From Parcubacteria group bacterium (GTDB lineage: Bacteria > Patescibacteriota > Minisyncoccia > Phycocordibacterales > CALRBT01): DNA of 64,000 nt. A program made the translations under genes and the position numbers. The stretch spans positions 23,807-87,806 of the forward strand of contig CALRBT010000001.1 in the NCBI GenBank assembly GCA_943354475.1. Reading direction: 5' to 3'. Under the pieces are notes generated by a model. It was not told where the DNA came from. It did no database searches and was given only the letters and a program-made list of their open reading frames with translations. Shown here in pieces: positions 16,394-27,900 of this stretch. Position 1 is the stretch's first letter, and the number at the start of each line of letters is the position of its first letter.

Positions 16394-16891
16394 CTAAAAC
16401 AATCGGCCAATGATTGATCCGATGGCGATGGCACTACCACCGATGAGTACCATTCGCATCACACTCTTCCACACTCTTGTGCCAGAGATTTTTGCATTAA
16501 TCACTCCGAGTACAAATAAAACGAGTAGGGAAACGATCACTGAACCCCAGAATGCGATGTCTTGTGAAAAAATAATATAGGGAAGTAGGGGAATACATCC
16601 CGACAGGAGGTATGAGATGAACATAATGAGAGCATCAAGGTAAGAGCGATTGGTCGGTTTCTCCACATGATTTTCATATGTTTCTGCCGATGATTCAGAA
16701 AGAAAACTACCAGCCCCCATTGAGATTGCTTCAACAAAAATAAGAATAACTCCTGTGGCCAGTACAGTTTTACTATCAACTCCCGCTATAGTAATACCGG
16801 AGAGAAGCCCAACTGTTGAAACAAGACTATCTTCAACACCAAAAACAAAGTTGCGATAGTATGATGCCTTAGCTATTTTCGATGAAATCAT
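16394..16891 (-). CDS. VIT1/CCC1 transporter family protein
   Basis: FVFGVEDSLVSTVGLLSG, EAISMGAGSFLS. Confidence 0.88.
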   Translation of the reverse strand: MISSKIAKASYYRNFVFGVEDSLVSTVGLLSGITIAGVDSKTVLATGVILIFVEAISMGAGSFLSESSAETYENHVEKPTNRSYLDALIMFISYLLSGCIPLLPYIIFSQDIAFWGSVIVSLLVLFVLGVINAKISGTRVWKSVMRMVLIGGSAIAIGSIIGRLF

Positions 16892-16964
16892 AGATTAATT
16901 ATACATCACTATCTAACCAAAAGTATCTTCGCCAGAATTTCCATCATTTAAATTACTTGTTATT

Positions 16965-17396
16965 ATGGGTCGTATGAAAAACTTTCTAAAGACAAAAACT
17001 TGGCCGGTGGTAGCGGGATTACTCGTCGCTTTTATTACCATGACTATTTTTGAATATATCAACTCATTCATCTATCCACTACCTATCGATTTGGACACAA
17101 GGAATCCAGAAGCGGTTTGGGCTTTCACTGCGTCACTTCCGTGGACTGCGTACATACTCGTTTTCTTGGGCTGGATAATTGGAGCATTCAAGGCCGGATG
17201 GGTCACTACGTATCTGACTAAGGAAAAGACCTACAAGCTTTCGTTTATGGTAGGAATCATCCTCACTATTCTTGGAGTCATTAATAACATACTGATCGGA
17301 CACCATCTCCTCTTTAATATAGTAGGGTTGCCAATGTTTATCCTGTTTACCTATCTAGGGCATAAATACCTCTCAAGTAGAACTAGAACTCAGTAG
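16965..17396 (+). CDS. Membrane protein
   Basis: Four hydrophobic segments. Confidence 0.7.
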   Translation: MGRMKNFLKTKTWPVVAGLLVAFITMTIFEYINSFIYPLPIDLDTRNPEAVWAFTASLPWTAYILVFLGWIIGAFKAGWVTTYLTKEKTYKLSFMVGIILTILGVINNILIGHHLLFNIVGLPMFILFTYLGHKYLSSRTRTQ

Positions 17397-17420
17397 GATT
17401 TTAGATGGTATACTTACTTT

Positions 17421-17999
17421 ATGAATTTACGTCAATTTTTTGTAGGTAGGACTATTGGTTTTTTTGGTTTATTGGTAGTGGTGGGTATCGCTCTGGGAAT
17501 TTATTTTCTCATTGGAGGAAAACCTGCAGTAGCTCCCATAGCAGTTACTACTTTTGAAGAATGTGTGGCGGCAGGAAATCCTGTAATGGAGAGTTACCCA
17601 CGTCAGTGTACTTCTAAGGACGGAGCGCACTTTACTGAGAATATTGGCAATACACTTGAAAAAAATAATTTTATTCGTCTCACGAGTCCACTTCCAAATG
17701 CTGGTGTAACAAGTCCTTTGACTATCACCGGCGAGGCTCGTGGTAATTGGTATTTTGAAGCGAGCTTCCCCGTTTTCCTCACCGATTGGGACGGCAAGAT
17801 TATCGCACAGGGTATTGCAACAGCGGAGGGGGAATGGATGACTACCGAGTTTGTTCCATTTAAAGCAGTGCTCACGTTCTCTAAAACTGATATTTCTGGA
17901 CAATACTCAAATAGAGGAACATTAATTTTGAAAAAGGATAATCCATCAGGTTTGCCCGAAAACGACGATGCACTTGAAATTCCTGTAACACTTCGTTAA
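17421..17999 (+). CDS. Gmad2 immunoglobulin-like domain protein
   Basis: FEECVAAGNPVMESYPRQC; GEARGNWYFEASFPV; DNPSGLPEND. Confidence 0.8.
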   Translation: MNLRQFFVGRTIGFFGLLVVVGIALGIYFLIGGKPAVAPIAVTTFEECVAAGNPVMESYPRQCTSKDGAHFTENIGNTLEKNNFIRLTSPLPNAGVTSPLTITGEARGNWYFEASFPVFLTDWDGKIIAQGIATAEGEWMTTEFVPFKAVLTFSKTDISGQYSNRGTLILKKDNPSGLPENDDALEIPVTLR

Positions 18000-18060
18000 T
18001 TACCCGATACGCTAAAAGACTTTTATCTAGAGTCTGGTTCGATGTTGCCAAAATGTTAGA

Positions 18061-18480
18061 ATGAAGAAAATGAAAATATTTATTATTTGTAGCAAGGTGT
18101 TTTACGACAAGATTCCCGATATCAAAAAAACCTTGGAAGCGGGTGGTCACCAAATAACACTCCCTAATAGTTATGATGATCCAGCTACTGAGGCAAGATA
18201 CAGAGATCTTGGGACACAAGAGCATGCAAAATGGAAAGCAGGAATGCTAAAGCGTAGTACTGATGTTATTGAAATTAATGATGGAGTACTTGTGTTAAAT
18301 TTTGAGAAAAATGGTATTAAGAATTATATTGGTGGAGCGACGTTTCTCGAGATGTATGACGCCTTTAGATTGAATAAGAAAATATTTTTATACAACGATA
18401 TTCCTGACGGTATTCTAAGGGATGAGATTGTTGGATTCAGTCCTTTAGTGGTTAATGGTGATTTAGATAAGGTCAATTAA
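18061..18480 (+). CDS. Hypothetical protein (nucleoside deoxyribosyltransferase-like fold)
   Basis: D.VLVLN..YIGGATFLEM..AF.LNKKIFL pattern. Confidence 0.6.
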   Translation: MKKMKIFIICSKVFYDKIPDIKKTLEAGGHQITLPNSYDDPATEARYRDLGTQEHAKWKAGMLKRSTDVIEINDGVLVLNFEKNGIKNYIGGATFLEMYDAFRLNKKIFLYNDIPDGILRDEIVGFSPLVVNGDLDKVN

Positions 18481-18522
18481 GGTATACTATCTACAATAAC
18501 TGTAGATTTCAAAAAATATTAC

Positions 18523-18990
18523 ATGAATATCTAAGCAACAATTTCGGCAGTAGCCCTGCGCTTATTATTAGGATGGTTTATGTTTTTTGCCGGTATTGAG
18601 AAAGTGCTTGACCCAAGCTGGAGCGCAAAAGGATTTCTCTTGAGCGCAAAGACCTTCCCTGCCTTTTATGCGTGGTTTGCGGAGCCGATGAACACGTGGT
18701 GGGTTGATCCACTTAATTCATGGGGAATCACACTGGTTGGAGTCGCTCTACTTCTCGGTATTGCAGTTAGACCTGCATGTCTTGCTGGTGCTATGCTGAT
18801 GATACTTTATTACTTTCCACATAATGTATTTCCAACCGTTCCTCATGGTTTTATTGTCGAGGAACACATTATTTACGCGGCAGCCTTTCTTTTGATAGCG
18901 CTCTTGCCATCAGCACAACAGTTTGGTTTGGGTAGTATCATACGAAAAACATTTATCGGACATATTCCATTTATTGGTAAATTTATTTAA
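18523..18990 (+). pseudogene. DoxX/DoxD family membrane protein with a stop at codon 4
   Basis: ATG AAT ATC TAA (18532-18534), then in-frame ..ALRLLLGWFMFFAGIEK; residual ORF 18580-18990. Confidence 0.65.
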
Positions 18991-19002
18991 AAGTAAAACA
19001 AT

Positions 19003-19398
19003 ATGAAAGGATTCAGTAGTAATATAGAAAAAGAAACACAAGAGAACACAAATTTTCGGAAGGTGTTATATACAGCCAAACACTGCCAACTGGTTCTAAT
19101 GAGTTTAAAACCCGGTGAAGAAATCGGGCTTGAGACTCATAATGACAATGATCAATTTTTTAGGTTTGAATCGGGTAATGGAAAAGTTGTAATTGATGGC
19201 ACTGAACATCTCGTGACTGGTGGGGTGGCAGTTATTATCCCAGCGGGAACTAAGCATAACGTGATTAATACTGGAATTGATGATTTAAAGATGTACACGA
19301 TTTACGCTCCGGCACACCATAAGGACGGTATTATCCGCTCAACAAAAGATGAAGCGATAGCAAACGAAGCCGAGTTTGATGGAGTTACCACCGAATAG
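19003..19398 (+). CDS. Cupin domain protein
   Basis: QLVLMSLKPGEEIGLETH..DQFF..PAGTKHNV..YAPAHH. Confidence 0.88.
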   Translation: MKGFSSNIEKETQENTNFRKVLYTAKHCQLVLMSLKPGEEIGLETHNDNDQFFRFESGNGKVVIDGTEHLVTGGVAVIIPAGTKHNVINTGIDDLKMYTIYAPAHHKDGIIRSTKDEAIANEAEFDGVTTE

Positions 19399-19477
19399 GG
19401 TAGATAACAGTACCACACCTTTATCTTTTTGAAAGTTCGTGTTATGGTTTGGTCACCATGCTTTATGAAAGGAGACC

Positions 19478-20242
19478 ATGGTGACGTTCTTTCGAAGTTT
19501 CGTGGCACTGCTGACCTTGATGGTCAGCCTCGCCACACCCTCCGCGCTTCGTGCGGCGGAACCACTGTTACCGTTAATCTCAACGGTGATTCTCGTCCCC
19601 GGTGATCCGGTCGAAGCCAAAAAAGGGAACCATGCGTTAGGGCTCCCAGAATTTGCGCTTCGGACCGGGGCAACCGTGAGGTTGTTCGCAAACAACGACA
19701 ACTGCGCGGAGTACGTCCTCAATCCCGGGAACTATCCCGACGCCGGCTGGGTAATCCCCAATATGGGGCTCTACGGGGCCGACCCAGTCGCACTCTTCCC
19801 GGAAGGTGTTCACAGTCCGACCCGCGGGTCTCTCGTGGCTGGCGATCCTGCCAATCACATGGCCACATACAAGGAGGCAAAATTTGCCTTTGTCAGTATG
19901 GCCAACCGTGTGAAGTTCGAGGAGAATCCAGCCAAGTACGAACTTCCCCTCGGAGGCTACTGTGCCGGGGCGATGGCTCAGGACCGTGTCACCCCAGGTG
20001 ACCCCCGTAACCTGTACTACGTTGCCGAGGTTGGAACATGGGCGGTATTCGGCAGTCCGAATGGCCCCATTGCCTGGGCGGCGAAAACACAGGACCAGCG
20101 TCGCATCGACTTCGCCAAGGCACAAGCCAACTACCTCCGGCGAACAGGTCTCGACCAACAACCTCCCAAGGTTGCCGTGCTTGGAAAGCTCGGCGAACCA
20201 ACGAAGACTGTAAGAATCGCTCTCCGGGAGAAGGCCGGTTGA
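19478..20242 (+). CDS. Hypothetical secreted protein
   Basis: Signal peptide, AAGGAG SD, GC-rich, downstream hairpin. Confidence 0.7.
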   Translation: MVTFFRSFVALLTLMVSLATPSALRAAEPLLPLISTVILVPGDPVEAKKGNHALGLPEFALRTGATVRLFANNDNCAEYVLNPGNYPDAGWVIPNMGLYGADPVALFPEGVHSPTRGSLVAGDPANHMATYKEAKFAFVSMANRVKFEENPAKYELPLGGYCAGAMAQDRVTPGDPRNLYYVAEVGTWAVFGSPNGPIAWAAKTQDQRRIDFAKAQANYLRRTGLDQQPPKVAVLGKLGEPTKTVRIALREKAG

Positions 20243-20403
20243 GCGAACAAGAAAGTAGGGCGGACCGAGCTGGTCCGCCCTATACTGCTTCCGGACTGCT
20301 TTCGGGCTACTTTTGGAGTACCTAACTTGTTGTAATTCTTGACACCTCTCTTTGTAGGACTATTATATAGATATATCCTGCTTTGAGTTAAATTTATCTC
20401 TAC

Positions 20404-23400
20404 ATGAAGTTTTACCCTACAAAGGGAAGTAGCGCAGGAAAACTAACAATGAGCCTCCTGCTCATTTCACTAGCTTTTTCTCCATGGGTAGGGGTATATG
20501 CAGAAGTAAATTCAGCCACTTCTACAACAATCATTGAGGAAGTTAAGTCCTCTAATACACCAGCTAACCCGACTCCAGAAGTAGTTACAGCCGAAACCTC
20601 GACCCCTGTTAGATTAATTGACCCAGTGGTAAGTACTTCAAGTCCAAGTACCCCCTCTCAAAAAGAATCTGAGCAAAAACTTTCACCTCCCGAAGAGTCA
20701 ACAGTAAATATCTCCACAACAACTCCCCAAAGAGAGGTTTTTAAAAAAGAAGTTGAGGAACCTAAAGAGCCAAAAGAAAAAGTAAAATTTAAAAAGGACG
20801 CCAGTAGATCACAAGAAGAAGAGTTGGGGTTGGTCCGTCAACATTTACTTGATCAGGGATTACCACAAACAATCGTTGATCGTTTGGATACTTACGAAAA
20901 AGAACAACGAGCAGGTCCTCCTCAAGAAGGAATCTTTAAAAAGATAGTCAATTTCGTCACGGGTAATACTGAAGCACAGAAAGAAGCACGAGAAGTCGAA
21001 GTTCTGGCCAAGAAACAACCTTTCAAGGTAGAAGGCTTTGAAGGGACTATTAATAAAATTGATGAATCAAGCTACAAGCAGCTTTTTCCTGATAAGAAAG
21101 AACAGACCAATGGATTTTTTGAAAAAGTAAAAACTTTCCTCAAGAGTGGTTCTTCTTTGAATTCAGATTTTGATGGAACTAAAAAAAGTACGCCACTCTC
21201 TTGGCTTTTTGGTGCAAAAGTGACTGCGCAAGTAAGCTCAAATCCAAATGATTATCTTGCTGCTGGAGGAGAGATAGTTTTCTCTAAGGCGATACAGGAT
21301 AAAGCCGTGACTCTCGGAGGTGATCCATTGGCTATGTTGAATTTTGTTCGCAATGATGTCGAATACACCCCTTACTTTGGTTCAAAGAAAGGATCCGATG
21401 CGACACTGGTAGAAAGTGCTGGTAATGACATGGACAAGGCTTCGCTTCTGGTTGCATTGCTACGCAATAGTGGTATTCCCGCAAGGTACAGACATGTCGA
21501 TGCCCAGATGGATATCAGGACAGTTACCGATTTGCTCGGAGTTGACTCTGCCATCGGTGCAGCACAAGTACTTTCTCTCCATAAAATACCTTACATACTC
21601 TATACACAGAACGATGAACCAGTTTTCTTTGTTGTTGAACATACCTATGTTGAAGCATATATGCCGTATGGATATAGTCGTGGTGCGAAATTAAATGACG
21701 GTGGATCCAAGCAATGGGTGCCGATGGACCCAACGATTACTGGGTATTATTACGAAAGACCTGTTGATCTCATCGACGAAATGAATAACTCAGGCTTTGA
21801 TGTTAAAGTATTTTTTGATAAATATCTAAAAGGGGATTATGGTTCTGCCATAGAACCACTTGAAGCTTTTAAAACCCTGGTACAGGGTCACTTGGCATCA
21901 AATCCGCCGGCGTCCTTTCCAGGACTAACCTACGATGATGCACTGATGCGCATGTATCCAAAAAATCAAGATACTGCTTTCATTCCAGCTACTTTGCCAT
22001 ACCAGATTTCTGCAGATCTTAATACGTATGATTACATTCCAGCTTCGCTACGCCATACACTTAAATTTACAGTAAAGAGTGATCAGGATGCCCAGGTACT
22101 TGGACATAGCGCATATCTCTCCGATCTCGCCAATAAAGAATTGCTCATCACCTTTGATGCCGCGACCCCAGTCGATCAGGCTACTATCGACTCCTTTGAC
22201 ACGATTTATGACGTTGTTCCGTTATCTTTGGTGTCGGTTACTACAAAAATAAAAGTAAACGGTGTGAATATTGCAGAAAGTGCGACACCCACCACTCTTG
22301 GAAAATCACAAAAGTATGTGATGGAGTTTGGAATACCAACTCGAGAGATTGGAGGCCCCGTTAACGCACTTGTTGAAGAGACTATCGACAAGAGTATTAT
22401 TGTAGGAAATACGGATGCAATCGGTCTTGATACTGGGCGTGTTGTACCTTCTGGACTTCGACCAAAGGAGGATATAGCAACTTCTAGTTTTGTTTCAGGC
22501 CAGATACTCTATGATACAGCTCAGGATTACCTCTACCGTCTCGAAAATACAGAAGGTGAATTGGCACGGATTATCGGAGCTGATTTTAGTGACGTTGCAA
22601 CGAGAGCAATTATTTTTAATGGAATTGCAGTGACTAATAAGAATGGCCAACCATATTCATTTGATTGGAAAGGACTTCGTATTGATGCATCCGCAAAGGT
22701 GAAGTACTTCAGTAGATTCCATGAAAGTGTTAAAACACACAAAAAAGAGTTCACTGCAGTATTTGGTCTACAAGCATCTCAAGATGAATCAGATGTCTTT
22801 GAAGATAATTTTGACGTCGAATCGGTTGCTACTGTCAAAGGATTAAAGTTGGTATCTGCGAATACTTTTAGTGGTATTACACTGAAAAAAATCAATCAGA
22901 CGAATGAAGGTGATATTGATGGACTTAACGTTACGGCGAGCACAAAAAACGTTTTCCATAGCGCTATTCAAGAAGGAAATACTATCTACACACCAACCGC
23001 TCCTATTACCTATGGTGCTTGGCACGGTCTCTTTTATATCAACATTGACTTTGATGGCGGAGAAGCCAGTTATAGTATCGGCGAAGGGCTCAATGGGGGA
23101 TATACCGTTTGTGGACTTCCAGGAATCACAAGTTTTTGTAATTGGGTTCAAGATCGGGTGGACTACTTAAGAAAAGATACCCCCATTACAAATGCCACAA
23201 TCATCTCTCCTACTAATAACCAAAATTACACAGTAGGCGATTCAATTAACTTTGAAGTTCAATACAAAACTATTGTTAACGGCGCGACCCTTAGTCAGTG
23301 GATAGAAAAGGAAACTATCAAGACTGATAATCTTGGACCAGGGACGAGGACTCTGATAACTAAATATGGAACTGGGGTGAAAGTAAACATCAAACTCAAT

Positions 23401-24192
23401 CCTAAGCCTGATCTGGGCTTGTCACTTAAGATAAACACAGCTACACAGAGTGCTGAGCAGAAATTTATCGAAGGGTTCATGGACGAGATCGCCACAGAAT
23501 ATGGTGTTGAAATCACTAATTTCCTAGCAGGTGTTGGTATCTCTGAAGGTATTCGTATGCTAACTCCTGCGATTGCAAAAAAAGTTGGCCCAACGGCTGC
23601 TGGTAAAATTGTAGCCAGGTTCATTCCAGGGGTTGGTTGGGTGTTGCTCGTCGGCTCTGCCGGAAGTATTGCATACAATGCAGGACCGACTGCTGGCAAA
23701 TGTTTTAGTTTTAGTAGTTCAATGGACGACCTGCTTTTGGAAACAAAATCTCCTTCATATTTCTGTGGCAAACTAACCGCTCAGTCTCTTTTTATTGCCG
23801 CTGGAGTGGGGACAGATAGGTTAGTGGGGAGTAAAATTAGCCATTATTTTGCAAGAAAAATTGGGATAAATACAATTATACGAAGCGCTCTTCAAACTGA
23901 GGTACGGTCATCGTTAGAATTGTACGAATTAAATAACTGGTCAAATGCTGGGAGGAGTAGTGGAACTCATGTTGGAGCGGAGTGGTTTAATAAGATAGAT
24001 TCAAATACAGGTAAAAACTATTTGCCAAACACCACAACTTATAAAGAATACGATGTATATGACAAAATCGAAGGGCAAAATAGAGGCCCACACAGATTTG
24101 TAAAAGGAGAAGATGGATCTATATATTTTACAGATAATCACTATGGTGATCCAACAGTTAATAATAGCCCCCCGTTCGTAAAAGTAGACTAA
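20404..24192 (+). CDS. Secreted transglutaminase-like domain protein with a C-terminal barnase/RNase Sa-type toxin domain
   Basis: Signal peptide; GNDMDKASLLVALLR..GIPARY, H.YVEAY, WVPMDP; C-terminal YKEYDV..NRGPHRFV..YFTDNHY. Confidence 0.8.
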   Translation: MKFYPTKGSSAGKLTMSLLLISLAFSPWVGVYAEVNSATSTTIIEEVKSSNTPANPTPEVVTAETSTPVRLIDPVVSTSSPSTPSQKESEQKLSPPEESTVNISTTTPQREVFKKEVEEPKEPKEKVKFKKDASRSQEEELGLVRQHLLDQGLPQTIVDRLDTYEKEQRAGPPQEGIFKKIVNFVTGNTEAQKEAREVEVLAKKQPFKVEGFEGTINKIDESSYKQLFPDKKEQTNGFFEKVKTFLKSGSSLNSDFDGTKKSTPLSWLFGAKVTAQVSSNPNDYLAAGGEIVFSKAIQDKAVTLGGDPLAMLNFVRNDVEYTPYFGSKKGSDATLVESAGNDMDKASLLVALLRNSGIPARYRHVDAQMDIRTVTDLLGVDSAIGAAQVLSLHKIPYILYTQNDEPVFFVVEHTYVEAYMPYGYSRGAKLNDGGSKQWVPMDPTITGYYYERPVDLIDEMNNSGFDVKVFFDKYLKGDYGSAIEPLEAFKTLVQGHLASNPPASFPGLTYDDALMRMYPKNQDTAFIPATLPYQISADLNTYDYIPASLRHTLKFTVKSDQDAQVLGHSAYLSDLANKELLITFDAATPVDQATIDSFDTIYDVVPLSLVSVTTKIKVNGVNIAESATPTTLGKSQKYVMEFGIPTREIGGPVNALVEETIDKSIIVGNTDAIGLDTGRVVPSGLRPKEDIATSSFVSGQILYDTAQDYLYRLENTEGELARIIGADFSDVATRAIIFNGIAVTNKNGQPYSFDWKGLRIDASAKVKYFSRFHESVKTHKKEFTAVFGLQASQDESDVFEDNFDVESVATVKGLKLVSANTFSGITLKKINQTNEGDIDGLNVTASTKNVFHSAIQEGNTIYTPTAPITYGAWHGLFYINIDFDGGEASYSIGEGLNGGYTVCGLPGITSFCNWVQDRVDYLRKDTPITNATIISPTNNQNYTVGDSINFEVQYKTIVNGATLSQWIEKETIKTDNLGPGTRTLITKYGTGVKVNIKLNPKPDLGLSLKINTATQSAEQKFIEGFMDEIATEYGVEITNFLAGVGISEGIRMLTPAIAKKVGPTAAGKIVARFIPGVGWVLLVGSAGSIAYNAGPTAGKCFSFSSSMDDLLLETKSPSYFCGKLTAQSLFIAAGVGTDRLVGSKISHYFARKIGINTIIRSALQTEVRSSLELYELNNWSNAGRSSGTHVGAEWFNKIDSNTGKNYLPNTTTYKEYDVYDKIEGQNRGPHRFVKGEDGSIYFTDNHYGDPTVNNSPPFVKVD

Positions 24193-24194
24193 AA

Positions 24195-24800
24195 ATGCTT
24201 GAATCAACTTCAAAAATAAAAAAATACCTTCTTGATTTCCAGATGTTGATGGATACTGGAGTAAGTGATGCTAGAATTAGTGAACTAGAAAGTTCTCTGA
24301 ATTTTAAATTTCCAAACGATTTAAGAGATATCCTTAGTAATTTTGTCCCTAGGGGTATAAAAGAGATTAATAATTCTTTCCCAGACTGGAACAATGAATC
24401 AATAGAAAGTCTCCAAAAAAGATTTGACTGGTTTACGGAAGGAGTGTTTTTTGATATAAAAAATAATGGTTTTTGGTATGGAAAATGGGGTGAAGAGCCA
24501 GAAAATATTTCAAAAAAAATTGAAATTGCTAAAGAGAAATTATTACTTGAGCCTAAGCCCATACCAATATGTGGACATAGATGTGTTTTAGGTATTGTAA
24601 ACTGCGACAGCTCTCCTGTCTTATCTATTTGGCAAACTGACATAATTTATTATGGAAGTGATATAATGGAATATTTTGTGAATGAATTTGAGGGATTTAA
24701 ACTAAAAGTTAACACGTCTGATTTAAGATTCAAAAAAGAAAATTTTTGGTCCGATGTTATTGAAGGCAAGGGACTCAAATACTCTGACCCTGTCCCATAA
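24195..24800 (+). CDS. SMI1/KNR4 (SUKH) family immunity protein
   Basis: GVSDARISELESSLNFKFPNDLR..FPDW..PIPICGHR..PVLSIWQTDIIYYG; starts 2 nt after the toxin stop. Confidence 0.8.
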   Translation: MLESTSKIKKYLLDFQMLMDTGVSDARISELESSLNFKFPNDLRDILSNFVPRGIKEINNSFPDWNNESIESLQKRFDWFTEGVFFDIKNNGFWYGKWGEEPENISKKIEIAKEKLLLEPKPIPICGHRCVLGIVNCDSSPVLSIWQTDIIYYGSDIMEYFVNEFEGFKLKVNTSDLRFKKENFWSDVIEGKGLKYSDPVP

Positions 24801-24908
24801 TTTATGGAAATGTGGTAAGAAAGGGGACGGCCACCATTGTTTGTTTACGAACTTATCTTTCACGGGTCAATAGCTTTCTGACTACTGGAAATATTGTTAA
24901 TTAATTAT

Positions 24909-27900
24909 ATGAAACTAATCAAAGTACAGCAAAATATTTTCCCGAAGATTGTCGTTGTATTTCTAATGGTCAGTCTTTTGGTAACACCCCTAACACCACT
25001 CTCAGCTCAGGGTGTAGACCAATTGGAGCAAAACAAAGCTGTGCAGAGTCTGGTACAGAAACGTCCACTTGCTCAGGTGATAGATATTCCAGAAGTTATT
25101 ATTGGTACAAGCACTGTTGCTAATATTTCTCTGGTTGATTGGGATCAAAAAATAGAAGTTGGTGGAAAAAAAGTTTCGCTCAGTTCTGAAGAAGGACTTG
25201 CTTCAATTGAGCTTTCTCCAGTTATTCAAAAACTTGTAGAAGCATATCATGGAGACATCACTTCAATTGAGAGTGCACTTTTTGCACCCTCTTCTTTAAA
25301 GCTTGAGAAGAAGAAACATGCTACTGAAGCACTTCAGTATGGCATTGCACAGAGTCTTATTGAGGAAGGATTACTCCCTAATGATTACTTCGAGCTATTG
25401 GCACAAGGGTTTATTGAGCCTGCCGACAATCTTATAGACGCAAAGAAAGCTTTTATTAAAAAGCCAGGAGCGATAAAAGCAATGAAAGCCGAGGTTGTTC
25501 CCGAAGTAACTATTGTGGATATTACAACAGTGGAGGGGGGTCAGATTAACAAGAATAAGGAAAAGTCTTCACCTCTTGGATCATTATGGAATACAGTCAC
25601 AGGTATCGTTTCAGATATCGGAGGCTTTGTTGGTAATCAGTTTGCAAAATCCGGAACCGCTTCCAAGACGGCCGAGGTAAGTGGCACTTCTAATGGTATT
25701 ACAGAATCTTCTGCTGCACTGATCTCTGGTAACGCTTCAGCCCAGAGTGCTTTACAGTATCTTGTTAGTCATCAAAACACGGATGGTTCTTGGGGTAGTG
25801 GAAATTCTTTACTTACAACGACGAGTGCAGTACTTGATGCGCTCGACGTCTATGGCGAGATTGGGCCTGAATACCAAAAAGGAATCACTTGGATTGAATC
25901 GTACATTACTGATAACAACGACTATCGTGCTCAACAAGCTAAACGATTGGCACGAGCAGGTAGGACTATAAGTGAGTTGGAGTCGATTGCTAGTACCATA
26001 GACGATTCAACCGGAGGATTTTCATATGATGTTGGTTACCAAGCTGATCCAGCAACAACTGCTAAAGTGCTACAGGCACTCACTGAAGCAGGTTTTGAAG
26101 ATTCCGGGTCTAGTCCACGAGCCACGAGAACGCTTGCTCTCTATTATCTTACACAAACACAGCGGTTCGATAAGGGATGGAGTCTCTTTGATGATGGTGC
26201 TAGTTCTCTACCTGTAACAACGGATGTTATTAACGCACTTTTGCCCTACAAAGGTCAGTCGTTGCTCGGGGTTGGTTCTTCTAAAATCGTCATTGATTCC
26301 ACGATTAAACCTGCTCTGGATTCACTTAAGGCAACACAAATGTCCGATGGTAGCTGGGGTGGTGATCTGCTCAATACAGCAGTTGTTGTGCAGACGTTAA
26401 AGAAAGGAAAGACGGCCGCGACCTATGCACGTGAATCAATTTCGTATTTAGAAAATGCACAAGGGGTTGATGGAAGTTTTGGTGGGGGTGACATCTATCT
26501 AACAGCACAAGTGCTCAAGGCACTCGCCACGCCAGAACCCTCTGTTGGTAATCTCGCAGTTACCGACATTGCATCAACTAACCCCTTACAAACAAGAACT
26601 CCTGCGGGAATCAAGATTACGATAACAAACAGCGGTGACTTAGTGGCTAACAGCGGAATACTCCACCTTGTTGCTGACCACTATCTTATGGGGTCATTCA
26701 ATCTTGCAAGTAGTAGTCTCGTTATTAATCCACACACTTCGGCACAAATTACCGTTAATATTTCAAACACGGCTGGATATGTCGGGGATGTTGCCTTCGA
26801 TGCTTTCATTGAGGGAGTGGGGGATGTAATCTATGCTTCCTCGCGTTACCAGAAAACACTAACCTTTGCCGAAGACCCAACACACCTCCCAGGACTTCCA
26901 ATTTATTTTACTGCTCAGAAACATATTATTGACGGACAACCAGCTCTTAATGTTCGTTGGGGTAAGAAAAGTGATCCTAATCGACTTAATTACCTCATTA
27001 TGTGGCGAGTGGTAGGGGAAACGTCTTGGAATACTTATCCTATCGCCAATGATAAAAATGGTGCTTTCATTTCTCCTTATGTTGAGGATCAACTGTATGA
27101 AGTAACGGTTGGGGCCGTCACAGCGGATGGCACAAAGTATACTTACTATAGCTCTCCGGTTCAGGTAAGAGTAAGTGCTGATGCCAATAAATACACCTCA
27201 GGAACGGTCTCGGGTACGATGAGAGATGTTAATGGTCCGGTTGGAAATATAAGTCTCCTGGCTGGTGGTGATTTTGCAACCGTCGATGCGGATGGAAATT
27301 TCAATCTCACCCACGTTCCTTACGGAAAAGGTTGGGTCAGGGCGTCGAATTTTCGATACGAGGATTATGTTACGACGTTCAAAACTTCTGATAGTACTGT
27401 GATAAACCACAAAGCATACACGAACCTCGTACCGGATATCGCAACCCCAACGATTACTTATTTTGCCATGGCAAACGAAGCCGATTATAAAATGGAGAAT
27501 CTGGAAACGAAGTTCATTCATCTCGGAGTCGCTGACGATATTGGCATAACTGGCACAGGGATTGTTGCCAGTGCGAGTTTCTCCTATTATGATCCTCACG
27601 ATTCAACTTGGCACTCGATTGGGACAATGCAAGGTCCGCTCTCGAGCACTGTTGGATATTCGTGGAATGTTCCAGGCACTTTGTTTGGTCCAGGATACAA
27701 AATCAGAGCAACGATTCGAGATTATAGTGGTAAAGAGTCCGAGCCGACAGAATGGGGGCCATTTGAATTTACTCAAGGAAACGCAACACCAGAATTTGCT
27801 TTCGTAACCCCGCTATCAGCCACCACAACAGTCGCTGACCTTAGTCATACTATTGTCTGGACTGATAACGATAATGATGACAATGCCAGAATCTTACTTT

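Noticed and set aside
19637-20325. Long antisense and alternative-frame ORFs over the GC-rich gene
   Set aside because: Expected shadow ORFs in high-GC sequence; the + frame has the SD and signal peptide.
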